Virus record (IMG/VR): IMGVR_UViG_3300030330_000562
Coordinates: 1 to 64,000 of that record
Origin: a virus
Taxonomy: Duplodnaviria; Caudoviricetes
Strand: one strand, 5' to 3'
DNA: 64,000 nucleotides
Shown piece after piece: positions 28,868-38,704 of this stretch. The notes under the pieces are model-generated. The model worked only from the letters and a program-made list of their open reading frames with translations. It did not search any database and was not told where the DNA came from. Each line of letters begins with the position of its first letter. The first letter of the stretch is position 1. The position numbers and the translations under genes were made by a program.

Positions 28868-30769
28868 TTATGCTCCTATGTCTACTATTTCACAAACGTC
28901 ACCAGTACAAGCAAGAGTTTGGCTGCTTGCAGTAGTATCTTCTTTTTCATACTCTGAAAGCTTTGCCCAGTCAATACTTTTTGGCATTATTTTTGATAAT
29001 TTTTTATAATCGTCTTTTGTGCAACTTTGGTATGGTGCTTGCTGATAAGTATGTTCGTTATAAGGTAAAAAACTTACTCCAGACATCTCATCAAAATGCT
29101 CGTAAACAAATGCACCTACTTCAAACCATTCATCCTTTCTCACATTAATTGTTACGCTAGGTTTATGCTCACACCAATGTCTTTGATACACTAACCAAGT
29201 TTTTAATTGTTGGATAGCTGAGACATTGTCAGTGACTACTGCTCCTTGAGGAGCTTTAACTGGAAATGAAAACACAGTTGTTTGATCTGGCTTCATGAAG
29301 TCAGCTTCATTAGGGATACCTTGATCTTTCATAAACTGTGTGAGTGGGTCTTTGTTATCTCCTCTAACGGTTCTAATGTAATGATGTGAATGACGTGCAT
29401 GGATTCCAGAGGCAGAGTCAACTAATTGTGATACTGTGCCTGATGGTTTGACACACGTAATTGCTGCGCTTGGTGTAATGCCAAGGCGGTCAGCCCAAGC
29501 AGTATTAGTATAAATAGCAACTTCTCGTAAATGTTCAAGAGTATTCTCCAATCCTTTGTTTTTAAGTGTTAGTAATGGGTTATCCATTATCCCTGTGAGA
29601 GACACACCGAGCAGTCGTTCTTCTTCGGTATTTCGCTGCCACACCTTTCGCAGATATGGGAATTTTGTGAACGTGCTTTGGATCGTCCCAAGTATTGTGG
29701 CACATCTGACCTTTCGCTCCAAGTCTTCAATCGTATCAGTGGCTCGTACAACAACCTCTGTAAGATTACAGAATTGGTAAGGTCTAAGAATAATTTCACT
29801 GCACGGATTGGTGCCAAACTCAAAGTCAGGATCACGCCTGTTGTTTTTTGCAGCTTGTTTTTTAGATGCTTCCCTATTAAATACACCTCGTTCTCCACTT
29901 CCTGATTCTACTAATGCTAACCACTCTCGCATAAATGATACGCTGTCTGGTTTTTCTGTATAAGCTACAGAGTTATTTGCCAAAGCTCTTTGTGGATTGT
30001 TGTCCCACCAGTTACCTGATTTAGCATGGCGCATTCTGTCATCTGATAGATTAGATAAACTTATCATTGCAGATCTTCGAACACCACCTACTACTACAAC
30101 CTCACCAATCTTACACATCAGATCGTGACACTCAATTGATGATAGCCTACGTCCTTGTGCCTCCTTGAATATACTCACCGCAAAGTTGAATAAGTCAACC
30201 AATGGTGCAGGGCCAGATGCTCTACCACCGAAGGTTTTAAGTCTTGCACCTGCAGGACGAACTTTAGAGACATCCCACTTGGAGATCTCACCTGCCCAAA
30301 GAAGAGCTAGCAATTGTCTGAACGCCTTAGCCCAGCCTTCCTTACTGTCCTTTACCACAATGGTAGTATCACTCTCGAAGAGTTCTGGAACCTCTGGGAG
30401 CTTAGAGATGAACTGACGCTCGACACTGAAGCCGACACCAGTACCACAGAGCAGAATGAACATAGCTTCGTCAAAGGACTTTGGATCATCTACGGGTAAA
30501 TAACTACAGTTATACCCTGCTGTATTATCTCTTTCTAAAGCTGGACCTGCAGTCATCATGGCTCGCATAGAAGGCATAACTTCTAGTCCTAATATAGATG
30601 CTCTTATTTCGTTGTATACATCGTGGTCGATGTCATAGCCCACAACGTTATGCATGTAGCGATCTACAGTCTCTGACCAAGACTCACGTCTTCCATCTTT
30701 TTCAAGCCAACGAGCATATCGTGAAGTATGTATAAAAGCTTGATAATCAGTTGGTAAATAGTTATTCAT
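28868..30769 (-). CDS. nrdJ: Class II (adenosylcobalamin-dependent) ribonucleotide reductase
   Basis: PSMRAMMTAG, GYNCSY, GGVRRSAMI, GTNPCSEI, TCVKPSGTVSQL, C-terminal ACTGDVCEI; no class I small subunit in the genome. Confidence 0.93.
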   Translation of the reverse strand: MNNYLPTDYQAFIHTSRYARWLEKDGRRESWSETVDRYMHNVVGYDIDHDVYNEIRASILGLEVMPSMRAMMTAGPALERDNTAGYNCSYLPVDDPKSFDEAMFILLCGTGVGFSVERQFISKLPEVPELFESDTTIVVKDSKEGWAKAFRQLLALLWAGEISKWDVSKVRPAGARLKTFGGRASGPAPLVDLFNFAVSIFKEAQGRRLSSIECHDLMCKIGEVVVVGGVRRSAMISLSNLSDDRMRHAKSGNWWDNNPQRALANNSVAYTEKPDSVSFMREWLALVESGSGERGVFNREASKKQAAKNNRRDPDFEFGTNPCSEIILRPYQFCNLTEVVVRATDTIEDLERKVRCATILGTIQSTFTKFPYLRKVWQRNTEEERLLGVSLTGIMDNPLLTLKNKGLENTLEHLREVAIYTNTAWADRLGITPSAAITCVKPSGTVSQLVDSASGIHARHSHHYIRTVRGDNKDPLTQFMKDQGIPNEADFMKPDQTTVFSFPVKAPQGAVVTDNVSAIQQLKTWLVYQRHWCEHKPSVTINVRKDEWFEVGAFVYEHFDEMSGVSFLPYNEHTYQQAPYQSCTKDDYKKLSKIMPKSIDWAKLSEYEKEDTTASSQTLACTGDVCEIVDIGA

Positions 30770-31122
30770 CTGTTGTCTCCTGATCCAGATATTACACCAC
30801 GTTTTTTTCTGTCTTGTAGCTTACTAAGATTAGTTTTAGCTATATCATTCATACTAACATTTAGATCTCTACACAATGCGGCAATGTACCACAGACAATC
30901 TCCAATCTCGTCAGCTATAGCTTTACGATCAAAGTCACCATCACGTAAGATCTTTTTTACTTTGTTTGCAACTTCACCTGCTTCTGCAGCTAATCCAAGT
31001 GCAGGATAAATAACAGCATGTTTTTTACTATAAATGGCAGTTTCAGCGGCAAGCTTTTGAAAATCATCCATATCCATTGAGTTATAATATTTAAAAGGTT
31101 CTATATTAGTTTCATTAATCAC
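30766..31122 (-). CDS. MazG-like nucleotide pyrophosphohydrolase
   Basis: LGLAAEAGEVANKVKK...DEIGDCLWY...NLSKLQDR. Confidence 0.85.
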   Translation of the reverse strand: MINETNIEPFKYYNSMDMDDFQKLAAETAIYSKKHAVIYPALGLAAEAGEVANKVKKILRDGDFDRKAIADEIGDCLWYIAALCRDLNVSMNDIAKTNLSKLQDRKKRGVISGSGDNR

Positions 31123-31273
31123 GGTTTACCTCACACTCTTCTACTATAATATCATCTATATCATACAAACTTGTCATAAGTAAATCTTGTATGACCTCAC
31201 AATTGTCTCCGAACGTTTCTAAAAAGTTGGCCTCTGGGTCAACTATTATTCTTAAAGATATTTCAAACTCCAT
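31115..31273 (-). CDS. Small acidic hypothetical protein (52 aa, MEFEISLRII...), not in ORF track
   Basis: Read manually; fills the gap between neighbouring genes. Confidence 0.6.
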   Translation of the reverse strand: MEFEISLRIIVDPEANFLETFGDNCEVIQDLLMTSLYDIDDIIVEECEVNRD

Positions 31274-31284
31274 CGGAAAGACCC

Positions 31285-31524
31285 CTAGTTATACTCAGGA
31301 GTATCAGGCATGTCAACAACTAACGGTTCGATATTTTTAAGAAAATACTTTTTCCATTCATATGCAGAATCAAAATCATCAAACCAAAAATTATCTTCAC
31401 CCATTACACCATCTATCTCTGATTTACAAACAAGAAAATAATTAGATCCTGTCGGTGCATCACTATCTTCTACATCTTCTACTGCTATTGGACCTTCCAT
31501 AACACCCCACACTTTTACTTTCAT
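31285..31524 (-). CDS. Hypothetical protein
   Basis: 79-aa ORF in operon. Confidence 0.65.
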   Translation of the reverse strand: MKVKVWGVMEGPIAVEDVEDSDAPTGSNYFLVCKSEIDGVMGEDNFWFDDFDSAYEWKKYFLKNIEPLVVDMPDTPEYN

Positions 31525-31525
31525 A

Positions 31526-31867
31526 CTATTTCCAATTTCTTAATAAGTCCATGTAGTGCTCAAGACTTATCATTGTTATCCAGGACTTTCTATCAGCTCG
31601 AAAGAACACTACTGGTTCACCTTTCCCATGCTTACTGGCTTGCTCCATGTAATCGTAGGCTGTTTTCATACCAGACTTTCTACGTTTAACTTCGATAGTT
31701 ATTGGTAGCTTTTTTCTGGCTGCGGGAGATAGTTGAATATCTTCACCTGTGTCTCCCATAGTTGTAGACTTGATGTCATCTTCTTCAAACTCTGGAAATA
31801 CTTCCAATAGTTTATCTCTGATTTCATTCTGTCCAGTTCTACCTTTTGCTTTAGCTGCTCTTGACAT
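31526..31867 (-). CDS. Holliday junction resolvase-like PD-(D/E)xK nuclease
   Basis: KAKGR..Q, GEDI, IEVKRRK, PVVFFRADR. Confidence 0.75.
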   Translation of the reverse strand: MSRAAKAKGRTGQNEIRDKLLEVFPEFEEDDIKSTTMGDTGEDIQLSPAARKKLPITIEVKRRKSGMKTAYDYMEQASKHGKGEPVVFFRADRKSWITMISLEHYMDLLRNWK

Positions 31868-31873
31868 GACTTA

Positions 31874-32650
31874 TTACAACCAAGATGGTTTCTCCATAAC
31901 AGTATAGTCACCCCAGTTTGTACCATAATCAGATTGTTTTTCTGCCTTTGCAATAGTAGCTAAGGTTTTATGTAAATGTTTCATACCCCAATGCATAATC
32001 TCATTACCCATAATATGTAGATGAGAAACATACGGTGCAGTTTTTTCACAAGCTATAAAAGAAAACTTCTTTATATTATATCCAGCTAGCTTGCAAGTAT
32101 AAACATAGTGAGCACCTTGTAAAAAATACCCATACTTCACACACTCTTTTAAGAAACCTTTAGGACTAGCATCCTGTGTTGTCTTAACATCAAACACTGT
32201 TTGTTCTGATTCAATCATTAAGTCGGGTCTTGTTTTAAGAGTAAGGCCTGAGATAGGATCTTCTGCAAAAATACTTACCTCGTTTAACCTATCTGGATGG
32301 TTAAGGTAAGACGCACAGACTGGATTCTCTAACGCACCCTTTGTTATACAGTTAGCTACGTTATATTCTACCTCTGTTAGAAGTATCTGGTCTTCAGTAA
32401 GATTTGCTTTTAAATTTTTATATGCAATGCTAGACTTAGTCTTTGGACCTTTTACTACTAGATCACGTTCTTTTTCTAACAGGTTGGCATGTACTGCACT
32501 TCCCATTGCAAATGCAGGATTGTTTGCATTACGTTTTTCACCTTTCCAATGTGCAAGTGATTTCTTAAATACAGCTTTCACTGCACTAGAAGATATACCA
32601 TCTCGCATATGGTATTCTTGATTAGACATATTTTCTATTACATTTTCCAT
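31874..32650 (-). CDS. RecE/exonuclease VIII-like PD-(D/E)xK exonuclease
   Basis: YH...ISSS, GSAVHA.LLE, KTRPD, VFDVKTT, YFLQGAHY. Confidence 0.8.
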   Translation of the reverse strand: MENVIENMSNQEYHMRDGISSSAVKAVFKKSLAHWKGEKRNANNPAFAMGSAVHANLLEKERDLVVKGPKTKSSIAYKNLKANLTEDQILLTEVEYNVANCITKGALENPVCASYLNHPDRLNEVSIFAEDPISGLTLKTRPDLMIESEQTVFDVKTTQDASPKGFLKECVKYGYFLQGAHYVYTCKLAGYNIKKFSFIACEKTAPYVSHLHIMGNEIMHWGMKHLHKTLATIAKAEKQSDYGTNWGDYTVMEKPSWL

Positions 32651-32668
32651 TCTATATCCTTAAAAGGT

Positions 32669-32686
32669 GGCTCCCCGAAGGGAGCC
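32669..32686 (-). terminator. Terminator-like hairpin with C(UUCG)G loop after SSB
   Basis: Minus strand GGCTCCC-TTCG-GGGAGCC followed by ACCTTTT. Confidence 0.65.
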
Positions 32687-32704
32687 TAGTTGTTTTGGAG
32701 GAGG

Positions 32705-33211
32705 TTAAAACAACACTTCGCTTTGTTTTTCTTCTTGAGCTACAGGTGGTGGCGAAGCATCATCCCCTGCAGTATCTGCTACATAGGTAACATGATCAAT
32801 AACTTTGACTTTGTCTAACCTAGTACCGACAATATTAGGTCGGCTTGTGTCGTAAACGGATAGCTCTACTTCTACAGTAGACCCATTACCAATGGTGCCG
32901 TCAGAACTGATATCCCAAGTAGAACCATCAGACTTTTGAACAATAGGTGCACCACTGTCCCAGTCTTTACCAGTGTTAAATTTACGTATAAACTTTACTT
33001 TAGTTCCACGTCCTTCTGCATCTGGCGTACCCTTCTTCATCGAACGTGAAGCTTTTAGGGTAGCTAGGTTATCATCATCCATAATGATGTCAATAGTGCA
33101 AGCACCATCATGGTCTCTGTAGACTCCGTCAAAACCGTCCATGTCACGGTTAGTTTCAAATACTCTTGCCCATTCGGCAATACCAGTTAGTTTAATTTTA
33201 CGTGTAGCCAT
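32705..33211 (-). CDS. Single-stranded DNA-binding protein (T7 gp2.5-like)
   Basis: IGNGSTVEV OB-fold motif, acidic tail ending in Phe, SD AGGAGG, next to PolA. Confidence 0.75.
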   Translation of the reverse strand: MATRKIKLTGIAEWARVFETNRDMDGFDGVYRDHDGACTIDIIMDDDNLATLKASRSMKKGTPDAEGRGTKVKFIRKFNTGKDWDSGAPIVQKSDGSTWDISSDGTIGNGSTVEVELSVYDTSRPNIVGTRLDKVKVIDHVTYVADTAGDDASPPPVAQEEKQSEVLF

Positions 33212-33225
33212 GTTGGCCTCCTTTA

Positions 33226-35073
33226 CTAATGCACGTCACTATAACGTTGACCATACTGTATGTCAATACCTAAGTCAACATTTAATTTAAGTTTTTGGTT
33301 AAGTTTTTTTACAGCCCAGTTTAATGCATCACTGTGCTCATTTTGCTCTCCTTCTTTTACTAGGTTAATAGACTCGTCATGAAACTGACCAATGATATTT
33401 GGTCTACGTGTTCGATAATATGCAACCCACTTGTCAAAACAATATGCACCAGTAGATTGATTAAGTGTAGAGAACACATCTTTTTCATAACGAAGCGAAT
33501 GCCAGAAACCACTTACAGGATTTTGTACCCACATCTCACCGTTGATCTGTCTTATCTTTTGATCCTCAGAAAACTTTTTTACCGACCAGTTTCGATTCCA
33601 ATATGCATCAAGCAATGCTTGAGACTGTGGGACACTCATCCCTGTGGTTCGAGATAACTTGGCAGCTCCAACGCCATAGGTTGCAGAATAGTTGACAACT
33701 TTGTAGTTCTTACGTAGTGCTTTCAGCTCTGGTTTTGTTCCGTGGTTGTAAGCATCAATATCAGACTGCTTGATTGCCCCTGCATGTTTGGCTAAGTCAA
33801 GATGTGGGTCAAAACCTGCTTGAGACATTTCATGTACGTAGTCGGGATCGTAAGGCTGCATGTAATGTCTCTTAGTCGTATCCTCAAGGGAAGTCATATC
33901 CGCACCGCAAAGAACATAACCAGTTGGTGCTGTTAAGCAGCCACGTATCTCCTTGCCCCACGGTCTATCAATTCCTGGAAGATTAACCAAAGGTTTCTTA
34001 TGCTTGAATCGTAAGGTGTTAGTAAGACCGTCAATTTCAGCTCTAACGTATCCGTCTTGTTCACACTCAAGAAAGCCTTGAAAGATTCCAAGTCGGTGTT
34101 GCATCACAGTCAAACCCTCAAGTACTTCTACCATTGGATTAGTTTCTGCAATTAGTTTTACTGAGTCTGTAAGTTCACCTTCCTTACGAACTTGTGGTAT
34201 TTTTCTTTCTTCTCCTGTCTCCTTATTTTTGTCATACTTAAATGTGCAAGGTTCCCACCCTAAAGAGTAGAGCCAATCTTTTACTTGGTCCGTAGAGTTA
34301 GGGTTTGGATCTTCCCAACTTTTGATGACTTCAACTTCACCATCAAAATGTAAAGGCAAACCATTCTCTTGTAGGAGATCAAACCAACGTTGTCCGTGAG
34401 CCGATGCAGTGCCATCTTTTCTAAAACAATTCTTTGGTCTACTCTTTTTGGTGGTCACTTTCCGCTTTGGCATTACGCTAATTAGTTCAGCTTCCTTATC
34501 AGCTTTCTGTTTTGTAAGATCAGCAACACACTTCTCTGCCAACTCTACATCTAACTTCCAACCAACTTTCTCAGCCGCTGCAGCGCAATTCATCTTAAAC
34601 TCTAGGTAGCGGAAAAATTTGTCGAGATTTACTCTGTCTTTATATATAAACATAAATCTTTTTAGGAGATCTTGCCACAAGCACGAGTTTATCTTTACAT
34701 CTTCTGTACATCGGTGAGCATAATCCTCTTTTGATAGGTTATTCCAATCATTAATCTGCGGTTTGGGAATACCAAAGTCTTCACCAAATGATTCTAGACC
34801 ATGCTTAGAACGGTTGTAGTTAAGAACCCAAGACATAGGTAGTGTATCAAATAGTTGAGCTTTGATCTTAATACCTAGTATCTTTTCTAGAAGTGGGATA
34901 TCATATCTAATAATATTGTGGCCTATTAATCCAGGTTGCGCAAGCAATAGATTACGCATGTCAGAGTAGTCGAACAAAGTCTTGTACTCTCTACCATCAT
35001 CAGTATAAGACAGGCAGTGTATTTTTGTTGCTTTGTCCAACAATCCGTTAGCTTCTACATCAAATACAATCAT
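33226..35073 (-). CDS. polA: Family A DNA polymerase with 3'-5' exonuclease, no 5'-3' exo domain
   Basis: VFDVEANG, GHNIIRYD, GADMTSLE, RKNYKVVNYSATYG, QFHDE. Confidence 0.95.
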   Translation of the reverse strand: MIVFDVEANGLLDKATKIHCLSYTDDGREYKTLFDYSDMRNLLLAQPGLIGHNIIRYDIPLLEKILGIKIKAQLFDTLPMSWVLNYNRSKHGLESFGEDFGIPKPQINDWNNLSKEDYAHRCTEDVKINSCLWQDLLKRFMFIYKDRVNLDKFFRYLEFKMNCAAAAEKVGWKLDVELAEKCVADLTKQKADKEAELISVMPKRKVTTKKSRPKNCFRKDGTASAHGQRWFDLLQENGLPLHFDGEVEVIKSWEDPNPNSTDQVKDWLYSLGWEPCTFKYDKNKETGEERKIPQVRKEGELTDSVKLIAETNPMVEVLEGLTVMQHRLGIFQGFLECEQDGYVRAEIDGLTNTLRFKHKKPLVNLPGIDRPWGKEIRGCLTAPTGYVLCGADMTSLEDTTKRHYMQPYDPDYVHEMSQAGFDPHLDLAKHAGAIKQSDIDAYNHGTKPELKALRKNYKVVNYSATYGVGAAKLSRTTGMSVPQSQALLDAYWNRNWSVKKFSEDQKIRQINGEMWVQNPVSGFWHSLRYEKDVFSTLNQSTGAYCFDKWVAYYRTRRPNIIGQFHDESINLVKEGEQNEHSDALNWAVKKLNQKLKLNVDLGIDIQYGQRYSDVH

Positions 35074-36683
35074 GCTGCCATATCACTCCTTTCGTATGGA
35101 ATCTCTTCAGATAAGATCGTAGTCTCTGGGTCGTAGTAGACTGAGCCTGCTCTACCAAGTTTAGCAAAAGGTCGGTTCTTATCAACTATAAACTCAGTTG
35201 TATTCTGCAGAATCTCATCTTCTGATTCTACATCCCTTTCTATCTTTATACATATTATTGCCTCTTCTTCAAGAGAGGCTGCGTATTTTGTCCTACCATC
35301 GTCATTAACCTGTGATATAAATACCACACCTATGTTTAGCTCCTTGGCTAGTTGAGCCATGCGTGAGCCAAGTGTGGTCAGTGTGCTAGTAGCACCATCC
35401 ACACCAGTGTTAGATAGGTATGCAAGTCTCTGAACATGGTCTACAAAAATATAGTCTGCACCAAAAGATGTTACAGCCATTCGGGTATAGTCCAGTAGAC
35501 TCAGAGGATCATCATGAGACTGCATTTCAAAGATGATTGTTCTGTTGTTTTCTGAGTCAGCAATCTTGTTTGCTGCTTCTTCTACTTCATCAAGACTGTA
35601 TCCATTGCGGTCAGCATCTTCGTGAGTTCTAACATTACTGCCTAGGTGATAGGTAGCCATAGCTCGAAGAGTTGTAGACTTCATCTCTTCCATGTGTAAC
35701 AATGCTATCTTTACGTTCTCATTTTGAAGTAGTCCAGTCTCGAAGTATCTGATCACTTCAGTCTTACCAGTGCCACGAGGTGCTTTGATAAATGTTAGAC
35801 CACCTTTGACCATGCCACGGATCTTCTCATCAAGACCTGCATGACCAGTGGATACATACTCGTATGGACTCTCGTTACGTAAGGCAAGAGAGAAGTCGTC
35901 ACGAGAACAGAAGAAGTTCTCAGGGCTGTACCGTTGAGGCTTCTTAGCTGCCCACATCAAGTCTTTACCATCACCTGCCTGTAAGAAATCATTAGCATCT
36001 TTGTGCTTAGACATGGGCACGTACCAGAACTTATCTGGAAAAGCTTGGTATAACTTGTCTGCGGCTCTACGTCCTGCAGGATCTAATTCACCTGCATAGA
36101 TAATCTCTTTGAAGGACGACAGATAAAGGTAATTATGTTTAATAAACTTCTCACCAATACTAGCAGATGGTAATGACTTTACAGGAAATGTCTTACCAAG
36201 TATCTGATACAGTGATGCAGCATCAAACTCACCTTCAGTAATGTAAATGCGTTGGCTTGTCCCTGCGTTAAACTCAGGACCAAACAGATGGTTCATACCC
36301 ATGCCACGATCTTTTGTCCAAGACTTAGACTTATCATCTACCAGTCGATACTTGACAGTGTGTGGGTATTTATATGCATACCTGACTGGACGTCCATCAT
36401 CACCAATCTGCAAGGCAATGCCGTACAATTCAGCAACGTCAGCATCTAGCCCACGTATACCCTCGTGAGTCTGCGACTCAATTTTTATATCCATAGGGTT
36501 TCTCCTCTCCTTTAATGGATACTCACTTTTTACCCAATCAAATACCTGCGGCATATCTTTCATTGGGTAAGACCTAGAACAGGAGTGACAGTGACCATAG
36601 CCATCATCATTCCAGTTAAAGGCATCACTTGATCCACACTCAACATACGGACATGCTAGATGTGGATTATCATTACTCGCCAT
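35070..36683 (-). CDS. T7 gp4-like primase-helicase
   Basis: Zn finger CPYVECGSSD...CHSC; TOPRIM ITEGEFDA; Walker A APRGTGKTE; Walker B IFVDH. Confidence 0.92.
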   Translation of the reverse strand: MASNDNPHLACPYVECGSSDAFNWNDDGYGHCHSCSRSYPMKDMPQVFDWVKSEYPLKERRNPMDIKIESQTHEGIRGLDADVAELYGIALQIGDDGRPVRYAYKYPHTVKYRLVDDKSKSWTKDRGMGMNHLFGPEFNAGTSQRIYITEGEFDAASLYQILGKTFPVKSLPSASIGEKFIKHNYLYLSSFKEIIYAGELDPAGRRAADKLYQAFPDKFWYVPMSKHKDANDFLQAGDGKDLMWAAKKPQRYSPENFFCSRDDFSLALRNESPYEYVSTGHAGLDEKIRGMVKGGLTFIKAPRGTGKTEVIRYFETGLLQNENVKIALLHMEEMKSTTLRAMATYHLGSNVRTHEDADRNGYSLDEVEEAANKIADSENNRTIIFEMQSHDDPLSLLDYTRMAVTSFGADYIFVDHVQRLAYLSNTGVDGATSTLTTLGSRMAQLAKELNIGVVFISQVNDDGRTKYAASLEEEAIICIKIERDVESEDEILQNTTEFIVDKNRPFAKLGRAGSVYYDPETTILSEEIPYERSDMAA

Positions 36684-36940
36684 TATTAGCCTCCTCTCGT
36701 TCCTTGGCTCTTTGTCTCTCTTCTTTAGTCATAGGGCGTATCTCTTTTGATATACCCTTTATGCGATCAATGTGCCATTCTTGTGGTTCTTGCTTTACCA
36801 TAGTGGATTCATCATGTCAAACAATTTATACCAAGATGATCCCTCTAGTGCTAGCCACATGAGGATCGGTACACCAATTAGAAAGAACACGCAAGTTAAA
36901 AATGCCCACATGAGACCTTTTGTCGTACAATAGTTTTCTG

Positions 36941-37129
36941 TCATCTATTAAATCCTCTACTTGTTTGTTGAATCTGTGCGGATGTTTCGTCATCCCAACC
37001 ATCTTGAATTGACTTACAACTTTCTTTTGGGCAGTCTGTGTATTTAGTTGCGTTAAAATATTCTTTACAGATGGGACACTCTATCTCTCTGTATCTTCTC
37101 ATCATGCGTATGCCCTCAGTGCTATCCAA
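36941..37129 (-). CDS. Small Cys-containing hypothetical protein (probable start ~37105)
   Basis: CPIC...CPKESC; overlaps thyX stop. Confidence 0.55.
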   Translation of the reverse strand: MDSTEGIRMMRRYREIECPICKEYFNATKYTDCPKESCKSIQDGWDDETSAQIQQTSRGFNR

Positions 37130-37791
37130 GATTCTGGAAATAACTCAATCATTTTGTCTCCTATTTGTTCTGCTACTAACCTAGTCTCATACTGAGTATC
37201 AGGTTTTAATCGTAGTCCACACATCTTTGAAAATGCATAGAGTGAACCTGACCAATACCATTCAGTCATTGTAGACTGTGGTAGTACCATACGTGCTTGT
37301 TCTGGAGCAATACCTTTGTCCAATAACTTTGAATATAAAGCACGGCACCACTCAGTAGTCTCCACTACATCATCTAAAAGCTCTAGATCTTCTTTTAAAT
37401 CTATAAAACCTTCACTACCTTGTTTTTTGTCTTTTGCACGTCCACGCCATACATCGTCTTTAGGCCAATACCAATCAGGTTTATCATCCACATATCTACG
37501 GCTGATTTCATTCCAAGGCATGTACTCATGCTTCTGTAGCTGACGTGCTACAAAGATAGGAGCCTTAACATGAAACGTAGCAAAGGCATGATTGAATGGT
37601 GACTTGTGGTGATGCCTAGCTAGGTAATTAATTAACTTTGTATCTGTCTCTGGAAGAAACGGAATCATAGTGGGATCATCACCTAGACTTTCATGATTAA
37701 GAGGCTTACTATTTTTACCAAAGCTAACTCTAGCTGCATTGACCACGGATAGATCACTACCCATGTGATCAATGTATGTTACTTTAATCAT
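37102..37791 (-). CDS. thyX: Flavin-dependent thymidylate synthase
   Basis: VVNAARVSF, H.SPFNH, PIFVARQL.KH, WNEISRRYV, EQARMVLPQS. Confidence 0.93.
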   Translation of the reverse strand: MIKVTYIDHMGSDLSVVNAARVSFGKNSKPLNHESLGDDPTMIPFLPETDTKLINYLARHHHKSPFNHAFATFHVKAPIFVARQLQKHEYMPWNEISRRYVDDKPDWYWPKDDVWRGRAKDKKQGSEGFIDLKEDLELLDDVVETTEWCRALYSKLLDKGIAPEQARMVLPQSTMTEWYWSGSLYAFSKMCGLRLKPDTQYETRLVAEQIGDKMIELFPESWIALRAYA

Positions 37792-37793
37792 TC

Positions 37794-38189
37794 CTACTCC
37801 TTATAAAATATGTGTGACCCTAAAGTCACAGTATGTTTATAGTGTTTACTCCAAAAAGGTTTAACATAGTTTGCATGGTAGTAGACAGATCCATCTGTAT
37901 TGTCCTTGACATGCCCATACACTACTTTGTGTGCAACAAGCTGAGAGTCTAACCATGCTCGTCTTTCTCTAGGTTTATCTGACTTACCATCACAGTACCA
38001 ACTAAATTGACACTTACCTAGACCTTTTTCTAAACCCTGATACACCACCTTACACGCATCGTTAGGAAACTTATCATCAGCTACACGATTAAGCACAACG
38101 TGAGCTACTGCATACTGTCCCTCTAACGGTTCACTACGTGCCTCATAGTACACGTTAAGTGCAATGCATGTAAGCATCTCAGCTATCAT
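37794..38189 (-). CDS. SleB-like cell wall hydrolase
   Basis: ALNVYYEARSE, VAHVVLNRV, CQFSWYCDGK, YYHA.YV.P.W, IGSHIFY-like end. Confidence 0.88.
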   Translation of the reverse strand: MIAEMLTCIALNVYYEARSEPLEGQYAVAHVVLNRVADDKFPNDACKVVYQGLEKGLGKCQFSWYCDGKSDKPRERRAWLDSQLVAHKVVYGHVKDNTDGSVYYHANYVKPFWSKHYKHTVTLGSHIFYKE

Positions 38190-38392
38190 TTATTTACTCC
38201 CATGTTCATCGGTGCATAGACTTCACCATTATATTGACTGCCAGTCTCATTATCTACACCAAAGTTACACCATGCTAAGATAACTAGTATAGCCAGTATC
38301 CAATAGACCGCTGTCTTACTGTACTTGATAAACTTTTCATAGGTTTTCTTAGCTTCTATCTCTGCAAGTTCGTTCGGTGCTTTTCCTTTCAT
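38186..38392 (-). CDS. Small membrane protein
   Basis: AKKTYEKF plus one hydrophobic segment. Confidence 0.6.
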   Translation of the reverse strand: MKGKAPNELAEIEAKKTYEKFIKYSKTAVYWILAILVILAWCNFGVDNETGSQYNGEVYAPMNMGVNK

Positions 38393-38506
38393 TCTTCTAT
38401 ATCCTTTCCCTTATGCTTCTTCTTTCTAGGCACTACACCCTTCTTTCTATCAGGTATAGCTTTCTGTTTATACTTTGGTTGCCGAAGGTCTTTTGCCATC
38501 GGGTTT

Positions 38507-38704
38507 TTAATGTATCGGTCCTTCATACCAGTCATCCCATACTTCACTAAGTTCATCGTGGAACTCTATATCAGCAGCCATCAAAAAGAAAAGAGCTGAT
38601 AGCTCCACTGCATATTCATCTTTAATTTTACCTTGAGCAAACAACTTGCCATACTTTCTAAAAGTAGAGGCAGGTATGCTTCTCTCATGTTTCTTTTTCT
38701 TCAT
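38507..38704 (-). CDS. Hypothetical protein
   Basis: 65-aa ORF overlapping integrase stop. Confidence 0.55.
   Translation of the reverse strand: MKKKKHERSIPASTFRKYGKLFAQGKIKDEYAVELSALFFLMAADIEFHDELSEVWDDWYEGPIH

Noticed and set aside
28868-30769. Inteins or introns in RNR, PolA, helicase or terminase
   Set aside because: Protein lengths are compact, ORFs are uninterrupted, and no intein splicing or LAGLIDADG motifs are visible
33226-35073. HMO-2011-type PolA with DnaJ zinc-finger insertion
   Set aside because: No CxxCxGxG repeats between the exonuclease and polymerase domains
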